This document shows positions 11,672-19,569 of a DNA stretch of 64,000 nucleotides, in pieces (the first letter of the stretch is position 1; every line of letters starts with the position of its first letter). A program made the position numbers and the translations under genes. This DNA is from an uncultured bacterium (GTDB taxonomy: Bacteria; Patescibacteriota; JAHJAL01). Where the stretch lies: the NCBI GenBank assembly GCA_938004065.1, contig CALKWM010000038.1, positions 2,466 to 66,465 on the forward strand, given 5' to 3'. The notes beneath the pieces are model-generated. The model was not told the origin of the DNA. It worked only from the letters and a program-made list of their open reading frames with translations, and did no database searches.

Positions 11672-12145
11672 GTGGCAAATCTATTTGAGGGACGGGCTTT
11701 GAGTTACAAGAAATCTTGTAAAGCAAAAAGACCTGGAGAAAAACAGGTGGTAAATTTATTTATCACCGAATTCGGAAAGATGAAAAAACTGACCGCAGTG
11801 GATTTAAATTTGATAGAGTATTTGTACGGCACCTACGAAAAGCGTGGGGCAGAAATCTATCTGCGGGAAGTGGTGACTGCTGATTCGGTATCCAGGATAT
11901 CTATCGGGCGAATGTATTTGATCGTCGAGCTAGTCAAAAAATATGATTTAGCTGAGGTTTTTGAGTTATTGTTAGATAAATTAAAAACCTTTATCGCCCG
12001 CAAAATTTGCACTTATAGTAAAAAGATAAAAGGAATTTTTATGGTACTAAAGAAAACTGAACTTGATATCAAAAAATTTATTGATAATATCGAGTTTAGA
12101 TTTTCTGATCATTCGCAGTTGGCCTACAGGTTAGCTGCAATATAA
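11672..12145 (+). CDS. Hypothetical protein
   Basis: 157-aa ORF, GTG start with strong SD AAGGAGGAG. Confidence 0.6.
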   Translation: MANLFEGRALSYKKSCKAKRPGEKQVVNLFITEFGKMKKLTAVDLNLIEYLYGTYEKRGAEIYLREVVTADSVSRISIGRMYLIVELVKKYDLAEVFELLLDKLKTFIARKICTYSKKIKGIFMVLKKTELDIKKFIDNIEFRFSDHSQLAYRLAAI

Positions 12146-12165
12146 AAAAGAAGAAAGGAAAAAAC

Positions 12166-12369
12166 ATGAAAAAGGGGGACGAGTTTGAACGAAGATCTAA
12201 TTTATTAAAAGAAATTGAAAAGATAAAGCCGGAGTATGCTGAAAAGTTTCTTGATCCAGCCAATGAAAGTCCTTTACATTTATTTTGTAAATGTGAGGCA
12301 ATGGACAGATTGGAAAAACTGGCAGATCGCTATAATTATTGTTTGAAAAAAAGCGATTTGCCCAATTAA
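12166..12369 (+). CDS. Small hypothetical protein
   Basis: 67 aa, SD AAGGA, followed by a terminator. Confidence 0.55.
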   Translation: MKKGDEFERRSNLLKEIEKIKPEYAEKFLDPANESPLHLFCKCEAMDRLEKLADRYNYCLKKSDLPN

Positions 12370-12382
12370 AAATATATTTAAG

Positions 12383-12412
12383 AAGACAGTATCTAATAAA
12401 ATACTGTCTTTT
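12383..12412 (+). terminator. Intrinsic terminator
   Basis: AAGACAGTAT...ATACTGTCTTTT. Confidence 0.7.
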
Positions 12413-12439
12413 GCCTTTTATGATACAAGGTGGTATAAT
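12411..12439 (+). promoter_or_regulatory. Sigma70-type promoter of the thrS leader
   Basis: TTGCCT-N17-TATAAT with extended TG at 12431. Confidence 0.7.
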
Positions 12440-12444
12440 TTTTT

Positions 12445-12692
12445 TGACGGAACAAGTAGTTTGAAATAAGTATTTAACAGGGAATGAAAGCCCACGAGAC
12501 TGGAAGCTTTCTAGATACATTTCAAATGAAACCAACCATGATTAAAGTTTCAAGTATCAAAACCCGATAAACAAGTAAGTATCGATACTTTGTACAACAA
12601 TATGTAAGTGATAAGTGCCCTGTTACAAGGGAATTTGAGTGGAACCGCGGGATTTATCTCGTCTCAAAATGAATTTTTTGGGATGTTTTTTT
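12445..12692 (+). ncRNA. T-box riboswitch (Thr, specifier ACC)
   Basis: Stem I AGTA-GTTTGAAAT...ATTTCAAAT-GAA-ACC-A (ACC 12531-12533), distal AGGGA/GACTGGAA, T-box AATTTGAGTGGAACCGCG 12632-12649, terminator with U-run to 12692, upstream of thrS. Confidence 0.9.
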
Positions 12693-12851
12693 AAAATCTA
12701 AAATATTAAATATAAAAAATCAAAAATTTCTTAAGTAGCTATTTTTTATAAACTATAATATACAGATTAAATGGTTATGTTTGGAAATAATAATTGAAAA
12801 ATGCATGTTTTTTAATTTTCTAATTGGAAAATATTATTTAGGAGAAATATT

Positions 12852-14624
12852 ATGAGTAAACTAACAAAAGAACAAAAAGAAGAGCAACTCCACGCCATGC
12901 GGCATTCGCTGGCGCACATCATGGCGGAGGCGGTGCAAGAGATGTTTCCGGAGGTCCAATTCGGGATTGGCCCGGTGATTGACAATGGATTTTATTATGA
13001 TTTCGATCTGCCCAGAACACTCGTGCCGGAAGATTTGCCGTTAATTGAAAAAAAGATGGCGGAGATTGTCAAACAGAAAAACCGATTTGAACGACAGGAA
13101 GTGAGCAAAAAAGAAGCATTGCAATTCTTTCAAAAAGCCAAAGAGCCGTACAAACTGGAACTGATTGCGGAATTGGAAGACGGGGAAATCACTTTGTTTA
13201 GAAGCGGTAAATTTGTCGATCTCTGCAAAGGTCCCCATGTGGAAAATACCGGACAAGTCGGTGCATTTAAACTGACTCATATCGCCGGGGCATACTGGCG
13301 AGGGGACGAGAAAAACAAGATGTTGCAGAGAATTTATGGTGTAGCTTTTGCGGATAAAAAAGAATTGAAGAAATACTTGAATATGGTGGAGGAGGCGAAG
13401 AAGCGAGATCATCGAAAATTGGGCAAGGAATTGGATTTGTTTTGTTTTTCTGATTTAGTCGGTCCGGGACTGCCACTTTATACACCCAGGGGAACGATTA
13501 TGAAAGATGAGCTGCAAAAGCATATTGAAAATATATGTAGAAAATATGGTTTTCAAAAAGTCTCCGCACCAGCTTTTGCCAAAGAAGAACTTTTTCAGAT
13601 ATCGGGACATGCTCAAAAATTTGCCGACGAACTTTTTCATGTTAGTTCAAAGAAAAAACATGATTTTGTTTTAAAACCGGTACAATGTCCACATCATACT
13701 CAGATATATGCCTCCAAAATCCGTTCATATAAAGATTTGCCGATTCGCTACATGGAATCTGACAAACAATATCGTGCTGAAAAAACCGGTGAAGTGGGGG
13801 GATTGTCAAGAGTGTATGCTATTACTATTGAAGACGGGCATTCTTTCTGCCAGGTTGAACAGGTCAAAGATGAAGTAGTAGGCATGGTAAACATTATTAA
13901 GGAATTTTACACTTCACTGGGGTTATGGAGGACTTTGAAAGTTTATTTATCGGTTAGAGATTATGAACATCCGGAAAAATACATTGGCACACCGGAAGAT
14001 TGGGATACTTGTGAGTCAATGTTGGCTGATGTTTGCGAAGAACTAAACTTGCAGGCGGAGCGTCAAGAAGGGGAAGCGGCGTTGTATGGGCCGAAAATTG
14101 ATTTTATGTTCAGAGATGCCCTGGGAAAAGAAATCCAAATACCTACAGTTCAATTGGATTTTGCCACTCCCAAAAGATTTAATTTGAAATATATCAATTC
14201 CGAGGGCAATGAAGTGCCACCGGTAATGGTGCACCGGGCAGTTTTGGGCTCCTACGAAAGATTTCTCGTTATGTTAATCGAGCATTTTGCCGGAATATTT
14301 CCGTTGTGGCTGGCGCCGGAGCAAGTGAGGGTGATACCGGTTTCAGCGGAAAAACATTTGGAATACGCAAAATCAATTGCCGAGGAACTTAGAAAAAATA
14401 ATTTCCGAGTGGAGTTGGATGATAGCGCCGAGTCGGTGGGTAAAAAAATCCGCAATGCCGATTTGATGAAAGTAAATTACATGATTATCGTTGGTGACAA
14501 AGATGTCGAAGCTGATACAGTTTCTGTTAGACCCTTGCGTGGCGAAGACATGGGAGCAATGAAATTGCAGAAATTCATTGAAATCATCGCAAAAGAACGT
14601 GATGAGAAGATTATCAAGAATTAA
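12852..14624 (+). CDS. thrS: Threonine--tRNA ligase (no TGS domain)
   Basis: RHSLAH, DLCKGPH, GAYWRGD, KRDHRKLG, FYGPK-like LYGPKIDF, HRAVLGSYERF. Confidence 0.98.
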   Translation: MSKLTKEQKEEQLHAMRHSLAHIMAEAVQEMFPEVQFGIGPVIDNGFYYDFDLPRTLVPEDLPLIEKKMAEIVKQKNRFERQEVSKKEALQFFQKAKEPYKLELIAELEDGEITLFRSGKFVDLCKGPHVENTGQVGAFKLTHIAGAYWRGDEKNKMLQRIYGVAFADKKELKKYLNMVEEAKKRDHRKLGKELDLFCFSDLVGPGLPLYTPRGTIMKDELQKHIENICRKYGFQKVSAPAFAKEELFQISGHAQKFADELFHVSSKKKHDFVLKPVQCPHHTQIYASKIRSYKDLPIRYMESDKQYRAEKTGEVGGLSRVYAITIEDGHSFCQVEQVKDEVVGMVNIIKEFYTSLGLWRTLKVYLSVRDYEHPEKYIGTPEDWDTCESMLADVCEELNLQAERQEGEAALYGPKIDFMFRDALGKEIQIPTVQLDFATPKRFNLKYINSEGNEVPPVMVHRAVLGSYERFLVMLIEHFAGIFPLWLAPEQVRVIPVSAEKHLEYAKSIAEELRKNNFRVELDDSAESVGKKIRNADLMKVNYMIIVGDKDVEADTVSVRPLRGEDMGAMKLQKFIEIIAKERDEKIIKN

Positions 14625-14702
14625 AATAAGGGATATATTGTTATATGGCAATATTGTGAGTAATAAAATAGTTGCAAATTTGGCTGGAGAATTATTGAAT
14701 TA

Positions 14703-14823
14703 ATGAGTTGTGCTAATTAATTTTCTTATCTGTCATCCTCGAATCGAAAGTCCGCCGAATCGGCGGGCGCTTCGATATCGGGGATCCATACCATATTTCT
14801 TATTTTTATTTAGCACTACTCAT
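14703..14823. repeat. MITE-like 121-bp element with internal TGTCATCC hairpin (14731-14788)
   Basis: ATGAGTTGTGCTA ... TAGCACTACTCAT terminal IRs. Confidence 0.75.
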
Positions 14824-14915
14824 AAATCGTTTTTTGTTGTATTGTTGCCAGAAAGATAGCTGGACAAAGATGCTTGGTTTGTGTTAAAATTTGGTTGGAG
14901 ATGGAGAAAAGACAT

Positions 14916-14949
14916 TAAAAACCTCTGGTGTTTGAGACCGGGGGTTTTT
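14916..14949. terminator. Intrinsic terminator-like hairpin
   Basis: AAAAACCTCTGGT...ACCGGGGGTTTTT. Confidence 0.6.
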
Positions 14950-14972
14950 GTCTAAGTTGAAACTTAACAATT

Positions 14973-15341
14973 TTGTTAACAATACAAAATAGAATGGTGG
15001 TGAAAATGATGAGTACGCAAAAAAGAGATATGCTGGATATTTTAATAAACAAGATCGAATTTGCGGTGGAACGTAAGTATTGTCAGATCACTACTAATCG
15101 GGAAATAGAAAACAGTGGCGAGCAGGCGGAATTGATTGATAGAGCATCTTTTGCCGGAAACGCAGTGGCGTCACTACTGAATTCAAAAGATGTATTTATC
15201 GAATACATCAATAAAAGGAATTCGTCTTTAACTGACCATGTAAAATCAATTTTCGACTATCTTTCAAAAGAAAATTCTTCCGAGAAGGATTTCAAAAGAG
15301 CAAGGTCGAATGTTCAAAACATCAAAAAAGTAATTTTTTAG
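14973..15341 (+). CDS. Hypothetical protein (start uncertain, possibly 15007)
   Basis: ~110-122-aa ORF only. Confidence 0.5.
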   Translation: MLTIQNRMVVKMMSTQKRDMLDILINKIEFAVERKYCQITTNREIENSGEQAELIDRASFAGNAVASLLNSKDVFIEYINKRNSSLTDHVKSIFDYLSKENSSEKDFKRARSNVQNIKKVIF

Positions 15342-15461
15342 AAAGGAGTGATAATATTCGCTCTTTCTACTCAGGTTTTAATGAAAAAAAATCAATATAT
15401 TCTTATAAAAATCTCCTAAAGAAGGGAGATTTTTTATTGGGTTTTGTTTATAATAAGGGTT

Positions 15462-17393
15462 ATGAATAAAAATAAAGCAAAAACTTTTTGCATCATCACT
15501 TTCGGGTGTGCCATGAATTATAGCGACTCGGACCGAATCGAGGCAGTATTGAAGGAAAACGGTTTGGTTCCGACCAAAAAAGATATTGAGGCCGATTTAG
15601 TGATTATCAATAGTTGCAGTGTCCGGCAAATGGCGGAGGATAGAACATATGGCAAAATCAGTAAATTGGCCAAGTTGAAAAAAAGACCCAAAATAATAGC
15701 CACCGGTTGCTTGGTGTCGGACAAGATTTGGAAAAAATTGTTGGACAAAAACAAATTTGATTTGTGTTTGCCGATTGACCGGATGATTGAACTGCCGAAA
15801 TATCTGGCGGAATGGGGACTGAATTGTCATCCCGAACACGAAAGCGAGTCATCGAGCGTTTCGAGCGATTCGGGATCCCAGAAGAAAATTACCAATTACC
15901 AATTACCAATTACCAATAAAATTCCAAATTCCAAATTCCAAATTCCAAACGAAACATATCTGTCGTCCTCGAGTCGAATGAGTGAAGCGAATATCGACAT
16001 CGGGGATCCAGAAAATAAATCTAAAGTATCAAGTAATAAGTATCAAGGATCAAGTTTGGTGTCCCTCGAACCCGAAGGGTCCACATTGGGACAACTCGGG
16101 ACGATAAATAATGAGATCCTGAATGGCTCGAATAGCCCTGCGGGCTTTCGGGTTCAGGATGACACCAAAAAATACAAGCATTATCTCGACATTGTGCCGA
16201 AGGGGAAACAGACTTTTACGGCGTATATCCCAATCATGACCGGGTGCAATAATTTTTGTTCATATTGTGCGGTGCCATACACTAGAGGCCGCGAAGTTTC
16301 GCGGCCGATGGCGGATGTAATCAACGAAGCCAAGATATTGGCGGAAAATGGGTGTATCGACTTAACTTTGTTGGGGCAGAATGTGAACTCATATAAGTGT
16401 CATCCTGAACTCGGAAGCGAGTCATCGAGCGCTTCGAGCGATTCAGGATCCCAGAAGAAAATTACCAATTACCAATTACCAATTACCAATAAAATTCCAA
16501 ATTCCAAATTCCAAATTCCAAACGAAACATATTTGTCATCCTCGAGTCGAATGAGTGAAGCGGATATCGACAACGGGGATCCAGAAAATAAATATCAAAT
16601 CTCGAATAAATCGCATGGATCCCCGATCCTGCATCCGGGCATTCGCCGGACAGGTTCGCTGGACAAGTTAGCGAAGCGCCCGCCTAAACTAGGAGGGGGA
16701 AGTGAATTAAATAACTCTTTTGTGGAATTATTGCGAAGAGTATCGGATATTAAAGAATTAAAAAGAATATTTTTTATTTCCTCGCATCCGAAAGATATGT
16801 CGGAGGAGTTGATTAGTTTGGTGGCTAGTCGTGATAATTTGTGTAATTACATCCATTTGCCGGTACAGGCGGGAGATAATGAAATTTTAAAAAAGATGAA
16901 CCGGCATTACACACGTGAGCAATATCTTGATCTGGTGGCAATGATTAGAAATACTATTCCCAATGTTAGTTTGACGACAGATCTGATCGTTGGCTTTCCG
17001 GGCGAAAGCGAAAAACAATTTGAGCAATCAGTTGATTTATTCCGACGATGTAAATTTGATATGGCTTTTATCGCCGAGTATTCACCGCGACCCAAAACAG
17101 CCGCTGCTAATTTGAAAGATAATGTCCCCAAAGCGGAAAAACATAGACGAAAGAAGTTTTTAAATGACGAGGTGTTAGCAGTATCTGCACTTGAAAATAA
17201 CAAAAAACTGGAAGGCAAAATTATACCGGTTTTAATATCTCGAGCGAATAAAAATGGATTGATTGGGTTGACTGAAGGGTTAAAACAAGTGCATATCAAA
17301 GGGGATAAAAAAATGATCGGGCAGATTTTGCCGATCAAGATTGTTAAAGCAATGAAGTGGGCGCTGGAGGGAAGAGTTATCAATCATCGATAA
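15462..17393 (+). CDS. miaB: tRNA-2-methylthio-N6-dimethylallyladenosine synthase with two repeat-derived in-frame inserts
   Basis: TFGCAMN, INSCSVR, ATGC (UPF0004); GCNNFCSYC radical SAM; GQNVNSY; HLPVQAGD; IVGFPGE; YSPRP; C-terminal TRAM. Confidence 0.93.
   Translation: MNKNKAKTFCIITFGCAMNYSDSDRIEAVLKENGLVPTKKDIEADLVIINSCSVRQMAEDRTYGKISKLAKLKKRPKIIATGCLVSDKIWKKLLDKNKFDLCLPIDRMIELPKYLAEWGLNCHPEHESESSSVSSDSGSQKKITNYQLPITNKIPNSKFQIPNETYLSSSSRMSEANIDIGDPENKSKVSSNKYQGSSLVSLEPEGSTLGQLGTINNEILNGSNSPAGFRVQDDTKKYKHYLDIVPKGKQTFTAYIPIMTGCNNFCSYCAVPYTRGREVSRPMADVINEAKILAENGCIDLTLLGQNVNSYKCHPELGSESSSASSDSGSQKKITNYQLPITNKIPNSKFQIPNETYLSSSSRMSEADIDNGDPENKYQISNKSHGSPILHPGIRRTGSLDKLAKRPPKLGGGSELNNSFVELLRRVSDIKELKRIFFISSHPKDMSEELISLVASRDNLCNYIHLPVQAGDNEILKKMNRHYTREQYLDLVAMIRNTIPNVSLTTDLIVGFPGESEKQFEQSVDLFRRCKFDMAFIAEYSPRPKTAAANLKDNVPKAEKHRRKKFLNDEVLAVSALENNKKLEGKIIPVLISRANKNGLIGLTEGLKQVHIKGDKKMIGQILPIKIVKAMKWALEGRVINHR
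15825..16164. repeat. miaB in-frame insert 1: three TGTC hairpins, heptamer tracts and a GTCCCTCGA...CTCGGGAC module
   Basis: Starts TGTCATCC, ends GGATGACA; hairpins at 15825, 15961 and 16113-16164. Confidence 0.9.
16398..16700. repeat. miaB in-frame insert 2; its first ~195 bp duplicate insert 1
   Basis: Offset 573 bp (191 codons) from 15825; follows GQNVNSYK; right boundary approximate. Confidence 0.88.
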
Positions 17394-17637
17394 TTATTTT
17401 TTTGAATTTGTTTATTAAAAAAATTAATGAACTGGATATTATAAAATAAAATAGAATTTCGATAGTTTTTATCAGATATAATCCAAAAATATTATTGGAG
17501 TGCGTAATTCCAAGGTAAAATTTGTAAACGATCGAGCAAAGTAATAAAACTATCAGAATAATCAGGTGATCATATTTGAGTATGTTTCCTATGGAAAGAA
17601 TTATTCCAAGCAATATGACGGTTATTATCAGCATCAT
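17380..17637 (-). CDS. Small membrane hypothetical protein
   Basis: 85 aa, three hydrophobic stretches, GGAG SD. Confidence 0.5.
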   Translation of the reverse strand: MMLIITVILLGIILSIGNILKYDHLIILIVLLLCSIVYKFYLGITHSNNIFGLYLIKTIEILFYFIISSSLIFLINKFKKIIIDD

Positions 17638-17801
17638 ATTTTTTTCACTCCTTTGAAAAAAAATTAATTTTTAAAAAACATAGGTTTCTTTATTGAAAGT
17701 GTATTGTTTGTAGGTATTAATGTCAAATATTTGCCTAGATTTTTTTAATAAATAAATAGCAAATAATGATTGTTTCTGCTATAATCAAACCATAAAAAAA
17801 T

Positions 17802-17993
17802 ATGAAAAAGGAGTTATTTAGCATGAACAACGAAAACGGGGACAATACGAAGGGGAAAAAAAGGGCAGAAAAAAGTTTCCGGGAAAAACATCGAATGAAG
17901 GTAACTGGTAAGAGTGCCCTGCTTTGGGAAAAGTTAAAGAATGAAAGGGCGGAAAAGTTGAAAAAAATTCAGAAAGAAAGGAAGAGGAAATAA
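17802..17993 (+). CDS. Small basic hypothetical protein
   Basis: 63 aa K/R/E-rich, TATAAT upstream. Confidence 0.45.
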   Translation: MKKELFSMNNENGDNTKGKKRAEKSFREKHRMKVTGKSALLWEKLKNERAEKLKKIQKERKRK

Positions 17994-18010
17994 TGGCTGA
18001 GAAAATACAC

Positions 18011-18061
18011 AACCACCCCATCCGCCCAGGGCGGATTGCCCCTCCTTCAAAAGGAGGGGAG
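18011..18061. repeat. ACCACCCC...CCCCTCCTT-NN-AAAGGAGGGG palindromic repeat (intergenic copy)
   Basis: Same family as the units inside trmD at 27121-27375. Confidence 0.75.
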
Positions 18062-18114
18062 TTTAATAATCTCTGCAAAAAAACTGTTTAAGAAATATTG
18101 CGAACTAGAACTAT

Positions 18115-19296
18115 ATGACAAGAAATAATTCTAAAAAAGTGAAGTTGGTGTGTATCGGGGGGCCGACAGCTTCGGGGAAAACCGAAGCATCTTTAGTATT
18201 GGCGGAAAAATTTGATGGAGCGATAATTTCCTGTGATTCGAGGCAGATTTACAAAGAGCTGGATGTTTCGACTGATAAAATACCATACTCTCTCCCCTAT
18301 CATGACCCGATTTTATATCGTGGTATAGAACATTATGGAATAAATGTCGCTGAGATTGATAAGCCATTCACATTGTTTGATTGGATGACATATTGCCGAG
18401 GAGCGATTGCCAAAATCGTAAATTCAGGGAAAATTCCATTTCTAGTGGGCGGGACCGGATTATACATTCAGTCAATTATTGAAAATTATAAATTGAAACA
18501 GGATTTTGATGCTGAGTTGAGAGAAGAATTGAATAAAATGTCATTGAAACAATTGCAGACGAGATTGAAAGAATTAAATCCTGATTTGTATGAAAAGATT
18601 GATGTTAATAATCCGCGGAGGGTGGTGAGAGGGATAGAAAGAGCCATTCTGTCATCCTCGAGTCGGAAGCCCGAAGGGCGATCAGACATCGGGGATCCAG
18701 AAAATAAATCTCAAATATCAAATATCAAATATCAAGCAAAAAAAACACATGGATCCCCGATAGCGAAGCGCCCGCCGAGTCGGTGGACTTTCGATTCGAG
18801 GATGACAAAAGAGAGTATCGTAAATCATTCTAAATCCCTGCACGAAGCGGATGGTAATGATGAAAACAATGAGATCCTGAATCGCTCGGAAACTCATCCG
18901 ATAAAAAATCGGATTCGTATCCGGGTTCAGGATGACAAAATAAAAAAATTTGACAGTCTGGTATTGTCATTTAATCCAGAGCGAGAGTTGATTAGACAAC
19001 GGATCGAGAATCGTGTCAAAAAACACCAAGAAATCGGAGTAATTGATGAGGTGAAAAGATTGGTAGAAAAATATGGGGCTGACAATCAGATCTTGAATTC
19101 TACTATTAGTGTGCAGGAATACATTCCATATGTTTTGGGAAAAATTTCATTGGAAAAAGCGCAAGAAAGGGTTGTTATAAATAATTATCAGTATGCCAAA
19201 AGGCAGATGACCTGGTTTAAGAAGTATGGAAATACGGTATTTGTCGATAGTGTAAAGGAGATGGAGAGAGAGATTGTTAAATGGATAAATGGATAA
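18115..19296 (+). CDS. miaA: tRNA dimethylallyltransferase with a 96-aa repeat-derived insert
   Basis: GPTASGKT, DSRQIYK, VGGTGLY, NPRRVVRGIE, YAKRQMTWF. Confidence 0.95.
   Translation: MTRNNSKKVKLVCIGGPTASGKTEASLVLAEKFDGAIISCDSRQIYKELDVSTDKIPYSLPYHDPILYRGIEHYGINVAEIDKPFTLFDWMTYCRGAIAKIVNSGKIPFLVGGTGLYIQSIIENYKLKQDFDAELREELNKMSLKQLQTRLKELNPDLYEKIDVNNPRRVVRGIERAILSSSSRKPEGRSDIGDPENKSQISNIKYQAKKTHGSPIAKRPPSRWTFDSRMTKESIVNHSKSLHEADGNDENNEILNRSETHPIKNRIRIRVQDDKIKKFDSLVLSFNPERELIRQRIENRVKKHQEIGVIDEVKRLVEKYGADNQILNSTISVQEYIPYVLGKISLEKAQERVVINNYQYAKRQMTWFKKYGNTVFVDSVKEMEREIVKWING
18650..18937. repeat. miaA in-frame insert, 288 bp, three TGTC hairpins
   Basis: TGTCATCC at 18650 to GGATGACA at 18937; units 18650-18699, 18750-18807, 18871-18937. 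Confidence 0.92.
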
Positions 19297-19569
19297 AAAA
19301 TTAACATATCAAACTTAGCAATTAACAAACTTAAGAAGTTTCAAGACTCAAGTATCAAGGATCAAGTATTGGTGTCCCTCGACAAGCTCGGGACGATATT
19401 TATTCAAAGCTATAAAAAGGAAAACAATCTCAAGGTTTTTACGGAAGTTTTAATGTTTGGATGGTAAAATGGGATAAGTTATAAGTAAAAAGTAATAAGT
19501 AAAAAATTAGCACAAATATAAGTTTTGGAAAGTTTGTAATTGTTTGAAAAGTTTGATTAAGTTTGTCCC

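Noticed and set aside
15825-18937. Inteins or group I/II introns in miaB/miaA
   Set aside because: The miaB inserts start with Cys but have no His-Asn/nucleophile end or Hint motifs; no catalytic-intron core is visible; the sequence is explained by local repeats.
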